This document shows positions 10,120 through 19,506 of a stretch of 34,182 nucleotides of DNA, piece by piece. The translations under genes were made by a program, and so were the position numbers. A model generated the notes under the pieces. The model did not search any database and was not told the DNA's origin. It saw only the letters and a program-made list of their open reading frames with translations. The stretch is from a virus (lineage: Duplodnaviria > Caudoviricetes): IMG/VR virus record IMGVR_UViG_3300037125_000003, positions 1-34,182 of that record; one strand, written 5' to 3'. How positions within the stretch are numbered: position 1 is the stretch's first letter; every line of letters starts with the position of its first letter.

Positions 10120-10168
10120 GGTAAATTATGACACGCGTGTCATCCGTAACACATGTGTCATATAAGAC

Positions 10169-10198
10169 ATTATACAATTTTCAAAGTGTAATAGTAAA
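10169..10198 (-). promoter_or_regulatory. Putative sigma70-type promoter for head genes
   Basis: TTTACT-18 nt-TATAAT on minus strand, in intergenic gap after a terminator. Confidence 0.5.
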
Positions 10199-10292
10199 GA
10201 AAAAAGATTGATTTATCTTAAAATAGGCGTATTATTTTTAATTGATGTATGTTTCTTTTTTGGTATTTCACTTTTATGTACTCCATTTAGTT

Positions 10293-10322
10293 TAAAGCCC
10301 TTAACCTGCGCTAAGGGCTTTA
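10293..10322. terminator. Hairpin terminator after methyltransferase (possibly bidirectional)
   Basis: TAAAGCCCTTA / TAAGGGCTTTA perfect 11-bp stem, 8-nt loop. Confidence 0.65.
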
Positions 10323-10325
10323 TCT

Positions 10326-11030
10326 TTATTCAGGCTTCCTGGCCACACAATAAATAAAATTTTCGTAAATAACTACCTTTTTACTACGATAGTGTATGTC
10401 GGTAAACCCTACCTCGAAAAGCCATTGTCTTATCGTAGCCTCTTTAAAAAACCACAAATGGTCAGGATTCCCTAAATCCGTATCATCAGGTATTAGCAAA
10501 TATAAATACCCGCCAGGATTCAGCGTCCTAAACATTTTCCGAAGCATAGCAGGGGCATCCTTAAAATGCTCAAGTACATGACCCGCAATTATATTGTCCC
10601 ATTTAAGGGTCTCTGATAAATTCTCATACGCTGTGTTATGTGTATACGGGGTATACGCCCCTTTTATATATTTACACGCCCAGGGGTCAAGCTCAAGAGC
10701 TTCGTACCTATACCCACGTCGTAAAAACATAGGAGCATATATACCAATACCAGCACCAATATCAAGGATTGTAGATTCCTCCGGTTTACCTATCGGTATC
10801 TTAAAACCTATTTCCTCAAGGACAAGCTCAAATTCCGCACACGTTTTTGTATGATGCGGAATACCCTGTGATTGCCCGTGTAAATCCTCAAGATAATAAT
10901 ACTGACTATTATGCTCATGCGGTTTATGTAAAGTGCATTTCCTTAACGACCTCGCGCCCTCACAGGTATAACAACGTTCTACCTGACAACCACAAGATAT
11001 AGTTTCTATCTTACCTTTGCATTGATGCAT
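10326..11030 (-). CDS. Class I SAM-dependent methyltransferase with Cys-rich N-terminus
   Basis: ILDIGAGIG motif I, HVLEHF, LNPGGYL. Start revised to ATG 11030 (GGAGG at 11038-11042). Confidence 0.85.
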   Translation of the reverse strand: MHQCKGKIETISCGCQVERCYTCEGARSLRKCTLHKPHEHNSQYYYLEDLHGQSQGIPHHTKTCAEFELVLEEIGFKIPIGKPEESTILDIGAGIGIYAPMFLRRGYRYEALELDPWACKYIKGAYTPYTHNTAYENLSETLKWDNIIAGHVLEHFKDAPAMLRKMFRTLNPGGYLYLLIPDDTDLGNPDHLWFFKEATIRQWLFEVGFTDIHYRSKKVVIYENFIYCVARKPE

Positions 11031-11031
11031 A

Positions 11032-12825
11032 TTACGCCCTCCTAAAATGTTTTGGTACATCCCACCTATCGGTAGTTAGGGGTTCACCTTTAATATACTT
11101 ACGTCCCTGATAAAAACACACTTTTTCACAAATATAATTAGTAACTTGAGACTCAAATTCCCCTGGTTTACGCATCACAGCCTCTAACCTGGGGCTTCTC
11201 CTACCTTCCCAATTCTCTTGGAAGTACCCATGAGGTATATGTATAACGTCGTAATCCCATATTGGTAAAGCTACTCTTTTATCTTCGGGAAATATATTAA
11301 ACCCGAACTCTTTATCATCATACTCAGCAGTTTGACTGTTTTCTGGATAAAGATATTTACGTCCCTGTAATGACGACGCCTTAACATTAAATAACTGAAA
11401 ATAACCAAAAGGTAAATACTCTATAGCATTCCCCCTACGTCCCTCTACCTCAGCTATCTCCCTGCTTGCATATTTTCTAAATAACTCATTTTTGGGTAAG
11501 CCCCTATCAAAATCTTTGAAAAAGTTTGGTATTAAACCAATATGAGCAGCACCCCAACGTCGAGTATAATAAAGACAGCCAGGATTAAGCACATTCTTAA
11601 ATATCTTATCCTCAAAATTTTCAGGAAGTATTATATCAGCGTCCATTAATAGCACCCAATCTTTAGGTTTTAAATATGCTAACCCGTCATTAATTGCTTT
11701 TCCTTTTGCAAATACCGCGCCCCCGCTATGTATCCTATTTGATATTATACATTCAGCCCCATGTTTCTTACAGACTTTTGGTGTATACTTATCTTTGTCG
11801 TCAGTAACTACTATAACACGGTCAGCATGTTTTACGTTATGTGGTAATGTCATATCTAAATAATCGTCGTAACCTACAGACACCATTAACATATCAAGTG
11901 ATTTAGGCTTTATAGTATCGTTTGTTCCCGATACACGCACCCCGTCACTGCCTTTTAAGTAAGGCTCGCAACTCTTATTTACTTGATAAGTTTCAGCGCT
12001 ATAAGAACTACAATCAAAAATATTAACTTTACCGTTAGCAACTTTTTTACTCCCTATTTTTTCTAATACCTTTTTCATTTTAGGAGATATTATATCTACC
12101 CCACTATTCGCTTGTGTCCCAGGTACAGGAAGACACGCGCTACATAATTCACACCATTCTAATTGATAACCAAAGTCTTTAGGTTCACGCTCCCACCAAC
12201 CCGGCTCAATTTTCCAGCCACCAGCGCCATTAAATAACATATCCATAGAAGCAGCTACCTCACAAAAGAAAGCACCTTTAGGCGTTATGCTTGAACTCCA
12301 TTCACGCTGTAACCAGCAATTATCACGTAATTTATAAAACTCATTGTCAGGAATACCAAGCTCTTTACGAGGCAATAGCAAAGCCATGTGAAGCCCGCTA
12401 TTTGTATGGTCGTTTATACATTGGTATCCAAATGAATCCTGTATAAGCTCATAATGTTTATAATAACCCAAACCCAGGCTTGACCACAAGCCTTTTTTAG
12501 AACCCATACTTGACAAATTATTATCCCTATGCTTGGAAAAATCAGGAATAGGGTTAAAGTCTTTACGTATCCTTTTCTCGCTAAAGACGCTATTAAAGTA
12601 TTTCACAAATCGGTCAAATTCAGGGTGTAAGGTTGGCTCACCGCCCATAATACCTATCATACCCTTATACCCTTTTAATGAATCTACAGCCCGTTTAAAG
12701 TCTTTGAACTCCATAAAAAAGGGTTTCTTATGATGACCTACAAATCTGGTACAATTACTACATCCATGAGGGCATAGGTTAGTAATCTCTATCTGTATTA
12801 CTTTCTGATTTTTAGGACTTAGCAT
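11032..12825 (-). CDS. Radical SAM - GT-A glycosyltransferase fusion protein
   Basis: CPHGCSNC (CxxxCxxC), GGEPTLHP, CELCSAC; second half KGKAINDG...LLMDADIILP (DxD). Confidence 0.85.
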   Translation of the reverse strand: MLSPKNQKVIQIEITNLCPHGCSNCTRFVGHHKKPFFMEFKDFKRAVDSLKGYKGMIGIMGGEPTLHPEFDRFVKYFNSVFSEKRIRKDFNPIPDFSKHRDNNLSSMGSKKGLWSSLGLGYYKHYELIQDSFGYQCINDHTNSGLHMALLLPRKELGIPDNEFYKLRDNCWLQREWSSSITPKGAFFCEVAASMDMLFNGAGGWKIEPGWWEREPKDFGYQLEWCELCSACLPVPGTQANSGVDIISPKMKKVLEKIGSKKVANGKVNIFDCSSYSAETYQVNKSCEPYLKGSDGVRVSGTNDTIKPKSLDMLMVSVGYDDYLDMTLPHNVKHADRVIVVTDDKDKYTPKVCKKHGAECIISNRIHSGGAVFAKGKAINDGLAYLKPKDWVLLMDADIILPENFEDKIFKNVLNPGCLYYTRRWGAAHIGLIPNFFKDFDRGLPKNELFRKYASREIAEVEGRRGNAIEYLPFGYFQLFNVKASSLQGRKYLYPENSQTAEYDDKEFGFNIFPEDKRVALPIWDYDVIHIPHGYFQENWEGRRSPRLEAVMRKPGEFESQVTNYICEKVCFYQGRKYIKGEPLTTDRWDVPKHFRRA

Positions 12826-13048
12826 TCCTTATTATACCCTTTGCATGCATAATAATATTTGTAAGCTGTTCTGACATCTTATTAAGTCTTACATGTATAC
12901 TCGCTGGTGAAGATATACCCTCATTAATCTTACGCCAACTCGCACAAGGTAAAGACTTTGAAACAAATAAAGGGTTCTGGTTCTCTTTAATAAATTCAAC
13001 ATCCTTTACTGTTAAATCAAAAAATTCAACATTCTTTTCTTTACTCAT
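12812..13048 (-). CDS. Hypothetical protein
   Basis: 78 aa; overlaps both neighbours (translational coupling). Confidence 0.6.
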   Translation of the reverse strand: MSKEKNVEFFDLTVKDVEFIKENQNPLFVSKSLPCASWRKINEGISSPASIHVRLNKMSEQLTNIIMHAKGIIRNAKS

Positions 13049-13635
13049 AACTTATACCCCGCACATCCTATATGCTTAATCTCTTTGCTTAACTTGTTAT
13101 CACAAAATACACTGTAACCAAGTTTACGCGCAGCCTCACAAAACAAATAGTCTTCACCCAAAAAGTCTTTGCCCCTCCACTCTACATTGAAATACGGAGC
13201 TTTCATTTTCTTAAAGACTTTCATATTTATAAGTAAACACCCCGTCGCTATAAACCCAACCTCTGTAATACTATCGTCGGAAGAATTTACAAGCTGCTCT
13301 AACTTATTCCTACATGTAGGTTTAAAGGGCGTGTTACGCGTTGGGTAATTACAACCTATAACGTCCATACCAGAATCTAACAAACGTATAATAACGTCTG
13401 CCGGAAACACCATGTCCGAATCAAGAAATAGCAGATAATCAACTTTAAACTTCAATGCCTTTAATACTGTTTCATGCCTACCCTTTTGTACTATCGACGA
13501 CTTTACATTAATAAGGATAATATCTATCTTATCCTTTGACAACATTGTGTAAGACATTAACCGTGCAAGCGACATAGCAAAATCCGCATGTACCATATCG
13601 CCTGACGGTACACCTATAGCAATTTTAATACTCAT
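13045..13635 (-). CDS. GT-A fold glycosyltransferase
   Basis: YLLFLDSDM (DxD), GCLLI..VF, GEDYLFC, HIG motifs; GGGAGG SD. Confidence 0.85.
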   Translation of the reverse strand: MSIKIAIGVPSGDMVHADFAMSLARLMSYTMLSKDKIDIILINVKSSIVQKGRHETVLKALKFKVDYLLFLDSDMVFPADVIIRLLDSGMDVIGCNYPTRNTPFKPTCRNKLEQLVNSSDDSITEVGFIATGCLLINMKVFKKMKAPYFNVEWRGKDFLGEDYLFCEAARKLGYSVFCDNKLSKEIKHIGCAGYKL

Positions 13636-13659
13636 AATAACTTCCTCCCCAAGAGTTAT

Positions 13660-15336
13660 TTATTGACCCTGAACAAGTCCGTCAAGAACGCTGTCAGTGT
13701 TAAACCTTGTTTCACTAAGAGTTTTAGCTGTTTGAGCAGCATCTATCTGGTCAAGTTTTTGCTGTTCTTTAGCTGCCTGTTCTGCTCTTATCTGTCTTAG
13801 TTTTGATACTTCAATATCAGACCTGATAAGAGTAGGAGGCACATTAGCCATACTCGCGTATACATCCACAGCCTCATCAAAATCAAACTTATCAAGAACT
13901 TCGGGGTTAGCCTCTGCAAGACCAGAGATAAACATAGCTGTTTGTTCTACAGACGATATACCCGCCATTTTCTGAGCCTGTGAAAGTATAGATATGTATT
14001 CTACCTTAATATCTTTGCCCGCTAATTCCTCTGGCGGGTCAGGCAGAACACCCATATCTTCCATTATGCTAAATACCCTATCCATAGCTACGTCAAGAAA
14101 TTCGGTCTCAAGCCTTTCAACCAATGAGCCAACTTGTGAAAGTCTCTCACTTACTCGCTCAGCAATCTCCGTAGCTGTCATATTAGATTTATCAGCCTCT
14201 ATTATTGATAGGAATATGTTAGTATAAAAATGCTTGTCTATCCTATTCTCTACTCTTTCTATCTCAGCACCTAACTTATCAAGTGCAAGATTAACCTCAT
14301 GCACAGGAGTTATACCGCCTTTACCTTGAGTAGTATCGACGTAATTAATACCACCGGATAGAATAGTCCCACCTTTAGCTTTAAGTGATGTAGGAGCATT
14401 AAGAGGCGGGTCTACTTGCTTCTCAAGACCATTAAGCTTTTTCTCTTCCATAAGCTGTAGCATTTTTATATCGCCTAATGCGTTCATACCAGGAGACTCC
14501 CCGTAAGTATCAACGCCCTTAACCTTCCAGCGAGGGGCAACAAAAGGCATAGACTTATACCCGCTTTCCCTAAGCATCCGGTCTTTGTCCTCAGCGTCCA
14601 ATTCAAAATAAACAGACTTATAAGCCATACCTCTTTTATCGGCTTTTGTAGAATCCATACTACTATTAGGCTCAATAGTGTGTATAACTATAAAAGTCTT
14701 TTCTAAATCGCCTCGCTCTTTGCACTCCATAACCTCACGACTTACATTCTCTTCACCGAATTTGTCAATTAACTGCCTCGCTGTTAATTCAAATTTCCTA
14801 TAAAGGGTGTCCGGTCGGTAAGTATCATCAAGACCTATATAAAACTCACCTATCGTAAAAGGTCTACAGCGTATAATAGTTTTCCAATCTTGCTCAATAA
14901 GCATAGCATTAGTACCAAATACGCCTATTTCCTCATACAGATTATGAGCGCTTATATAAAAATTAGACTTTGCAAATATCTCAAGCATACCGTCTCTGAC
15001 CATACGCAACCATGATTTTACAGCCTCTAATTCCATAAGGTCTTTATCATTAACCCCTAACTCAAACCAGGGTTTAGACGGTGAAGTCATATTGCCTATA
15101 CCGTTTGCAAGTATACCAGCGTCTAATGTAGCCACACCATTAATGATATTTTCGTTTACCTTTCCACCGTCATTAGATTCCTCAGTGTCATTAGTTAAGT
15201 ACATAGACTTCCTGGGAAGCACAAAGTCAGCTAAATCCTTCCAATGCTCGCGCCATGTATCTGTTTTTTGCTTTAACTGCTTAAATCTCTGACGGTATCT
15301 GGTTGTTTTGTATTCATTCCTTGTATCCATAATCAT
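13660..15336 (-). CDS. Portal (head-tail connector) protein
   Basis: TSPSKPWF, PRW...YGESPG..ALGD, MTATEIAER, YISILSQAQK motifs; 558 aa. Confidence 0.93.
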   Translation of the reverse strand: MIMDTRNEYKTTRYRQRFKQLKQKTDTWREHWKDLADFVLPRKSMYLTNDTEESNDGGKVNENIINGVATLDAGILANGIGNMTSPSKPWFELGVNDKDLMELEAVKSWLRMVRDGMLEIFAKSNFYISAHNLYEEIGVFGTNAMLIEQDWKTIIRCRPFTIGEFYIGLDDTYRPDTLYRKFELTARQLIDKFGEENVSREVMECKERGDLEKTFIVIHTIEPNSSMDSTKADKRGMAYKSVYFELDAEDKDRMLRESGYKSMPFVAPRWKVKGVDTYGESPGMNALGDIKMLQLMEEKKLNGLEKQVDPPLNAPTSLKAKGGTILSGGINYVDTTQGKGGITPVHEVNLALDKLGAEIERVENRIDKHFYTNIFLSIIEADKSNMTATEIAERVSERLSQVGSLVERLETEFLDVAMDRVFSIMEDMGVLPDPPEELAGKDIKVEYISILSQAQKMAGISSVEQTAMFISGLAEANPEVLDKFDFDEAVDVYASMANVPPTLIRSDIEVSKLRQIRAEQAAKEQQKLDQIDAAQTAKTLSETRFNTDSVLDGLVQGQ

Positions 15337-15677
15337 AACCCCAATAAACGTTTTTTCTTGGTAGTAGCTTTACCCACAATACCTAAAGGACTTGTGGCTA
15401 TAGTCCCCGAAGCACTACCCCTTAAACGTCGCTGTCTGTCTTTAGACGCTTGCGAACTCGCTTGTATAGCTTTCGCAGCCTCTATGTTAGGTTTAGCCTC
15501 TTTATACGCATCAATGTCTTCCTTCTTCTCTTTACGACTAGCATTATGTATGTCAAAAGAAAGGGAGTACATTTCATCGTTATATTTAATAGCTAGTTCC
15601 TGGTTACCGGCTGCCAATGCCTCCTTTTTAAGTTTTTCAAGCTCTGCATACTTCGCCCTCATTTCTTCTAAAGTCAT
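15333..15677 (-). CDS. Hypothetical protein between TerL and portal
   Basis: C-terminal GTIATSPLG...KKRLLG typical of the small pre-portal gene in these podoviruses. Confidence 0.7.
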   Translation of the reverse strand: MTLEEMRAKYAELEKLKKEALAAGNQELAIKYNDEMYSLSFDIHNASRKEKKEDIDAYKEAKPNIEAAKAIQASSQASKDRQRRLRGSASGTIATSPLGIVGKATTKKKRLLGL

Positions 15678-15682
15678 AACCC

Positions 15683-17167
15683 TTACCTCCTTCTCTGTAA
15701 TGGATTTTTACCTACCTGAGCCTTACTGACATCACCTGTGTCAAAACGCTCAATAGCTTTCTTTTTTGTTACAGGAGCAGCAAAAGTCAAAGCAAGTGCG
15801 TCTCCCAGGTCTGGACTCAACAGCCCTAACTTCTTCATATCTTTTTTAGCTACTAACTGTATTTGACTATTGTTTGTTACAAAATACTCTACAGCAACTA
15901 AATCATCTTTAATATCTAAATCATACGGTAATGCAGCACCAAGTTTAAGCCATTCTTTTACATACTGCCACATTTCAGAACGTTTATTATAACAGTCCGG
16001 TCTTGTGCTAACACCACCAAACCAAACAGGGATAGGACTTCTACCAAGAGCATTAAGCTGGTCGATAACTCCGTTACCCATACCAGCATCGACAAAAGTA
16101 GCATCTGTATTATGTTTGTCCTCTAACTGTGCAACTATGTTAGCAAGGTCTATAGAATCAACCTCTCTACCCTGCCAAAGCAATGAAGACATAAGCCCCT
16201 GACGTAAAAAGATAGCACTTCTATCGTCGCCCATCCAAGCCACGTCAACACCTAGCACCTTTGCAGCAAAATTATATTGATGAGGCTGCAAATGCTTACC
16301 CATAGCAGCGTCAATTAAATCCTCTGGTATAAGCTGGCTAATAGAAGACCTGGGGAACTCACCACGAACACGCACCCTATAAAAGTCTGAATCGTACCCG
16401 TAATCCTCTCTCCATTCTGATTGAAGCTCTTTATTTGTTCCTTCCACAAATTCAGCGTCTATCTTAACATGCTGCCACCTATGCTTTTGACGTGCAAACG
16501 TTTGTCTGAAAAAGCCTGTGTTCCTGGTAGGGTTACCAAACAGTAAAAACATAGGCTCACCGTCGGTAAGACCTCCCTGTGCAACCTCGTATATCTTTTC
16601 CGGTACAGCACTAGCCTCGTCAAATATATAGAAAGGCGTAGAGTTAGCAGAGTGCAACCCTGCAAACGCTTCGCTTTGCTCTTCCCTACATGTCATAGCA
16701 TCACAACGCCAGGACTCAGGGTATTCTTTACTATAGAAAGTCATATTACCTTTTGTGTTATTATGCACAAACCGGTCTTTAGTTAATGATATTTTATGCC
16801 ACTTACCAAGCTCAGCCCAGGTTTTAGTCTTCAACTGTTCCCCTGTATTCGCTGTAACAACGCCCTTTGCAAATGGCCTAGTATCCATAATCCATTTAAT
16901 AATCCACGCTGTAAGTGCTGATTTACCTATACCATGACCGCTTGATACTGATTTCTGAATAGGCTTAACGGGATTAACACCGTCGAAAGAACGCTCAAGA
17001 ACTTGCTCTGCAAGCTCTTCTAAATACTTATGCTGCCAACGCCTTAGCCCCTTAAAACCTGATAGGATACCCTCATCCCAGGGGAAACACCAATACACAT
17101 AACCTACAGGGTCATAATAGAACCTGGATAAGTCTTGTACTAATTTATCCTCTACAACGTTATTCAA
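15683..17167 (-). CDS. terL: Terminase large subunit
   Basis: Walker A SGHGIGKS, Walker B YIFDEAS, GNPTR, nuclease GVDVA.GDD, SPDLGDALALTF. Confidence 0.95.
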   Translation of the reverse strand: MNNVVEDKLVQDLSRFYYDPVGYVYWCFPWDEGILSGFKGLRRWQHKYLEELAEQVLERSFDGVNPVKPIQKSVSSGHGIGKSALTAWIIKWIMDTRPFAKGVVTANTGEQLKTKTWAELGKWHKISLTKDRFVHNNTKGNMTFYSKEYPESWRCDAMTCREEQSEAFAGLHSANSTPFYIFDEASAVPEKIYEVAQGGLTDGEPMFLLFGNPTRNTGFFRQTFARQKHRWQHVKIDAEFVEGTNKELQSEWREDYGYDSDFYRVRVRGEFPRSSISQLIPEDLIDAAMGKHLQPHQYNFAAKVLGVDVAWMGDDRSAIFLRQGLMSSLLWQGREVDSIDLANIVAQLEDKHNTDATFVDAGMGNGVIDQLNALGRSPIPVWFGGVSTRPDCYNKRSEMWQYVKEWLKLGAALPYDLDIKDDLVAVEYFVTNNSQIQLVAKKDMKKLGLLSPDLGDALALTFAAPVTKKKAIERFDTGDVSKAQVGKNPLQRRR

Positions 17168-17696
17168 GCAGCCCTCCGTCGTCTATTACTTCCTCACTAT
17201 CTGCTTGCTGTGCTGCTATAATCTGTTCGCGCACTCTCAACCTGGCTTTGATAAGCTTATCCGCAAAATCCCCGTCAGCCTCAAGCTTGAGTTTATCTGT
17301 CTGAGTCCATTCGTCAGGCTTCCTACAACTAAGCCATTTAGCTATGGCCTTAACGTCAGGCGGGAAATGCTTAACAACATTATGCGTAATTATATTTCCT
17401 TCATAACAAAATGTCTTTTCCTCGACTATCTCATACCCTTTTGCACGTTCAAATAAAGCTCGCTCAACCTCTTCATCAGCAAATTGTTTCCAAAACTGTA
17501 GGCATTTATAAAACTCAGGATACAAACGTTTCCATTTATCCCAGGTAGACGTTGAAACACCAAAAAAGCCTGCCATGTATTCATCGGTATGACCATACTC
17601 AGCAAGCTTTTGTAACTGTTCCCTGTCAACCTGATGAGGAAAGTCAGGGTCTTTAGCTATCTTGTCTAATACTTCCTTTGTAAGTTTCTTTTTCAT
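17160..17696 (-). CDS. terS: Terminase small subunit
   Basis: HTH (MAGFFGVSTSTW), VERALFERAKGY, PPDVKA..WL; directly upstream of TerL. Confidence 0.85.
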   Translation of the reverse strand: MKKKLTKEVLDKIAKDPDFPHQVDREQLQKLAEYGHTDEYMAGFFGVSTSTWDKWKRLYPEFYKCLQFWKQFADEEVERALFERAKGYEIVEEKTFCYEGNIITHNVVKHFPPDVKAIAKWLSCRKPDEWTQTDKLKLEADGDFADKLIKARLRVREQIIAAQQADSEEVIDDGGLLE

Positions 17697-17703
17697 ACTC
17701 TTA

Positions 17704-18021
17704 CTACTTCCCTATAGTTTTCTTAATACCTTCCCAAATCATATACAGCACACCGGTAATCATACCACAAACTATTGTATACATTATCCACGTTGAAATC
17801 TTACGCCCTATTCTACGTTGAGACGCTATCCATTTATGGTTCTCTTTCATAAGCTCAAGACCATTGTCTAAATGACCCTCTCCTAAGTCGCTGACCATAC
17901 GGAAGAAAAAGCCCATTTCCTTAGCTTCTTTATCAGTAACATTAAATTGGCAAGTATGCGTATACTTACCTAACTCATTACTTATAGCGTCTGCAATCGC
18001 CTTTTCAAGCCTATTACCCAT
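17704..18021 (-). CDS. Membrane protein with one C-terminal TM helix (holin-like candidate)
   Basis: WIMYTIVCGMITGVLYMIW followed by basic tail; start revised to ATG 18021 after AAGGGG. Confidence 0.55.
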   Translation of the reverse strand: MGNRLEKAIADAISNELGKYTHTCQFNVTDKEAKEMGFFFRMVSDLGEGHLDNGLELMKENHKWIASQRRIGRKISTWIMYTIVCGMITGVLYMIWEGIKKTIGK

Positions 18022-18145
18022 AACACGCACACCCCTTAAAATAGATATTGCCTGATTGTCAACCCCTAAATACACAACCAGGCAACACCCATAAGATATA
18101 AACATGGAGGTATCTATATGCTAAGTTTAGCATAAATCAATATAA

Positions 18146-18643
18146 CTATGCAAGAAGTGTGTCAGAAATGACTTGATTAAGCTCTTGTATTTCAATCCAG
18201 GCAACGGATAAGCCTAATGCTTGCCACATATCCTTTGTAACACCATATAGCACACCAGGGGCTTTTTTAGTACCAGGATGACCATACTTATTAATCATCC
18301 GCTGACGAATGTTTGAGTCCTTTGCACGAGGGTTTAAACATAACTGAGTAACTACAGTCTTACGCGGTAATAACTCAATAACCTCATCCGCGCCCCAACA
18401 TTCTATAAATCTACCAACCCAAATACACGTTTGCAGCGTCGTATCTCCTACCGCGTTACCATATCCCTTTATTTCCTCTATTAACAATACCGTATTCCCT
18501 TTATCCGGTTGAGACTGTAAAAGTCCCCGCATTTCATAATTTTCTATTTTACCAATAGATATTATCCTATGCGTTTTAATCTCCAATAACGCATAAGCTG
18601 AGTAATCTGTTCCTGGGTCAATTCCAAAAATATACCGTGCCAA
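18146..18643 (-). CDS. RuvC-like Holliday junction resolvase
   Basis: IFGIDPG, LLIEE, KD.WQALGL RNase H-fold motifs; TTG start with GGGGG SD. Confidence 0.75.
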   Translation of the reverse strand: MARYIFGIDPGTDYSAYALLEIKTHRIISIGKIENYEMRGLLQSQPDKGNTVLLIEEIKGYGNAVGDTTLQTCIWVGRFIECWGADEVIELLPRKTVVTQLCLNPRAKDSNIRQRMINKYGHPGTKKAPGVLYGVTKDMWQALGLSVAWIEIQELNQVISDTLLA

Positions 18644-18716
18644 GTTCTTAAACCCCCTTTTACCAAAAAATAAGCCTGCGTTTTAGTATTTCCCTATGCG
18701 TATTTCTCCATAGGCG

Positions 18717-18753
18717 CAAAAGAAAAGCAAGCGCGCCCCCGAAAGGGGCGCGC
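18717..18753 (-). terminator. GC-rich intrinsic terminator
   Basis: GCGCGCCCC/GGGGCGCGC 9-bp stem followed by TTGCTTTTCTTTT on minus strand. Confidence 0.7.
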
Positions 18754-18768
18754 AGCGTTTCTTTATAG

Positions 18769-18792
18769 TGGCCATATGGCCATATGGCCATA
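18769..18792. repeat. (TGGCCATA)3 self-complementary tandem repeat
   Basis: Three exact 8-bp units with overlapping TGGCCA and CATATG palindromes. Confidence 0.9.
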
Positions 18793-19013
18793 TCGTATAC
18801 TGATAATACCTATAAATCTCAAAAATATATACTGCTATAATACTTTCAAGCTTGCGCAAAATCCATAGGCAAATCGTAGCAACTTCACCCCTATTTTGCC
18901 TAAATATTTTTGCTATATTAAGATTTTTTAACATTGTAACATTTACCGATTGCAAACTTATAATATTATTACCTTTTGAAGTAAATCGTTGACTTTTCAC
19001 AACATTAAAAAGC

Positions 19014-19178
19014 TGAAATGGACAGGCGTCCATATCGTTTTTGCCCGTCAATATTTTTATTACTTGACGTTTAATCCTACTGATAACATAGCCTATCGTT
19101 AATAATTTCAAGTAGTAGCACCATTTTAAAAAACGATATGGACATTGCCCGTCCAAATGGACACCGTTGTCCATTTCA
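19014..19178. other. Candidate replication origin: nested inverted repeats with TGGAC/GTCCA cores
   Basis: 15-bp IR 19028-19042 / 19129-19143; 11-bp IR 19014-19024 / 19168-19178; six TGGAC cores; lies downstream of primase-helicase. Confidence 0.5.
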
Positions 19179-19218
19179 ACATTTAAACTTACAAATTTGT
19201 CAAGTAATAGCAACATAC

Positions 19219-19506
19219 TCAAGATAATAACTCCATAGCTTTGTCTTGTAATTCCAAAGACTTAAAGCCTTTTCTGTCAACTTTTAGGGTATCATCAATA
19301 TGCGCGTCCAGTATATCCCTACATTTATCAGCGCTAATACTTATTTTACGATTTTCCATAGCATACCGTAAGGAATCCGCTGCATCCTGGTGTAGTGTCC
19401 GTCTCTTCCTGGGCTTTTTCTTCTTAAAAAGTTTTCCCCTTTCAATACTTTCAACCAGGATGTCCAGGTTGTTTAATACTTTAAATAAGTTAATCAAGAA
19501 TCTCAT
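19219..19506 (-). CDS. Hypothetical protein
   Basis: 95 aa overlapping primase stop; GGAGG upstream. Confidence 0.55.
   Translation of the reverse strand: MRFLINLFKVLNNLDILVESIERGKLFKKKKPRKRRTLHQDAADSLRYAMENRKISISADKCRDILDAHIDDTLKVDRKGFKSLELQDKAMELLS

Noticed and set aside
10208-10322. Plus-strand promoter (TTGATT-16-TATTAT) giving a short RNA, and a 22-codon minus-strand ORF
   Set aside because: Weak matches in AT-rich DNA with no SD; insufficient support.
18048-18134. Hairpin TTGCCTGATTGT/ACAACCAGGCAA and palindrome TATGCTAAGTTTAGCATA upstream of the packaging genes
   Set aside because: Real inverted repeats, possibly late control elements, but no U-tract or promoter match lets me assign a function.
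18683-19222. 179-aa ORF
   Set aside because: Atypical composition, runs through inverted repeats and a terminator; probably a noncoding region.
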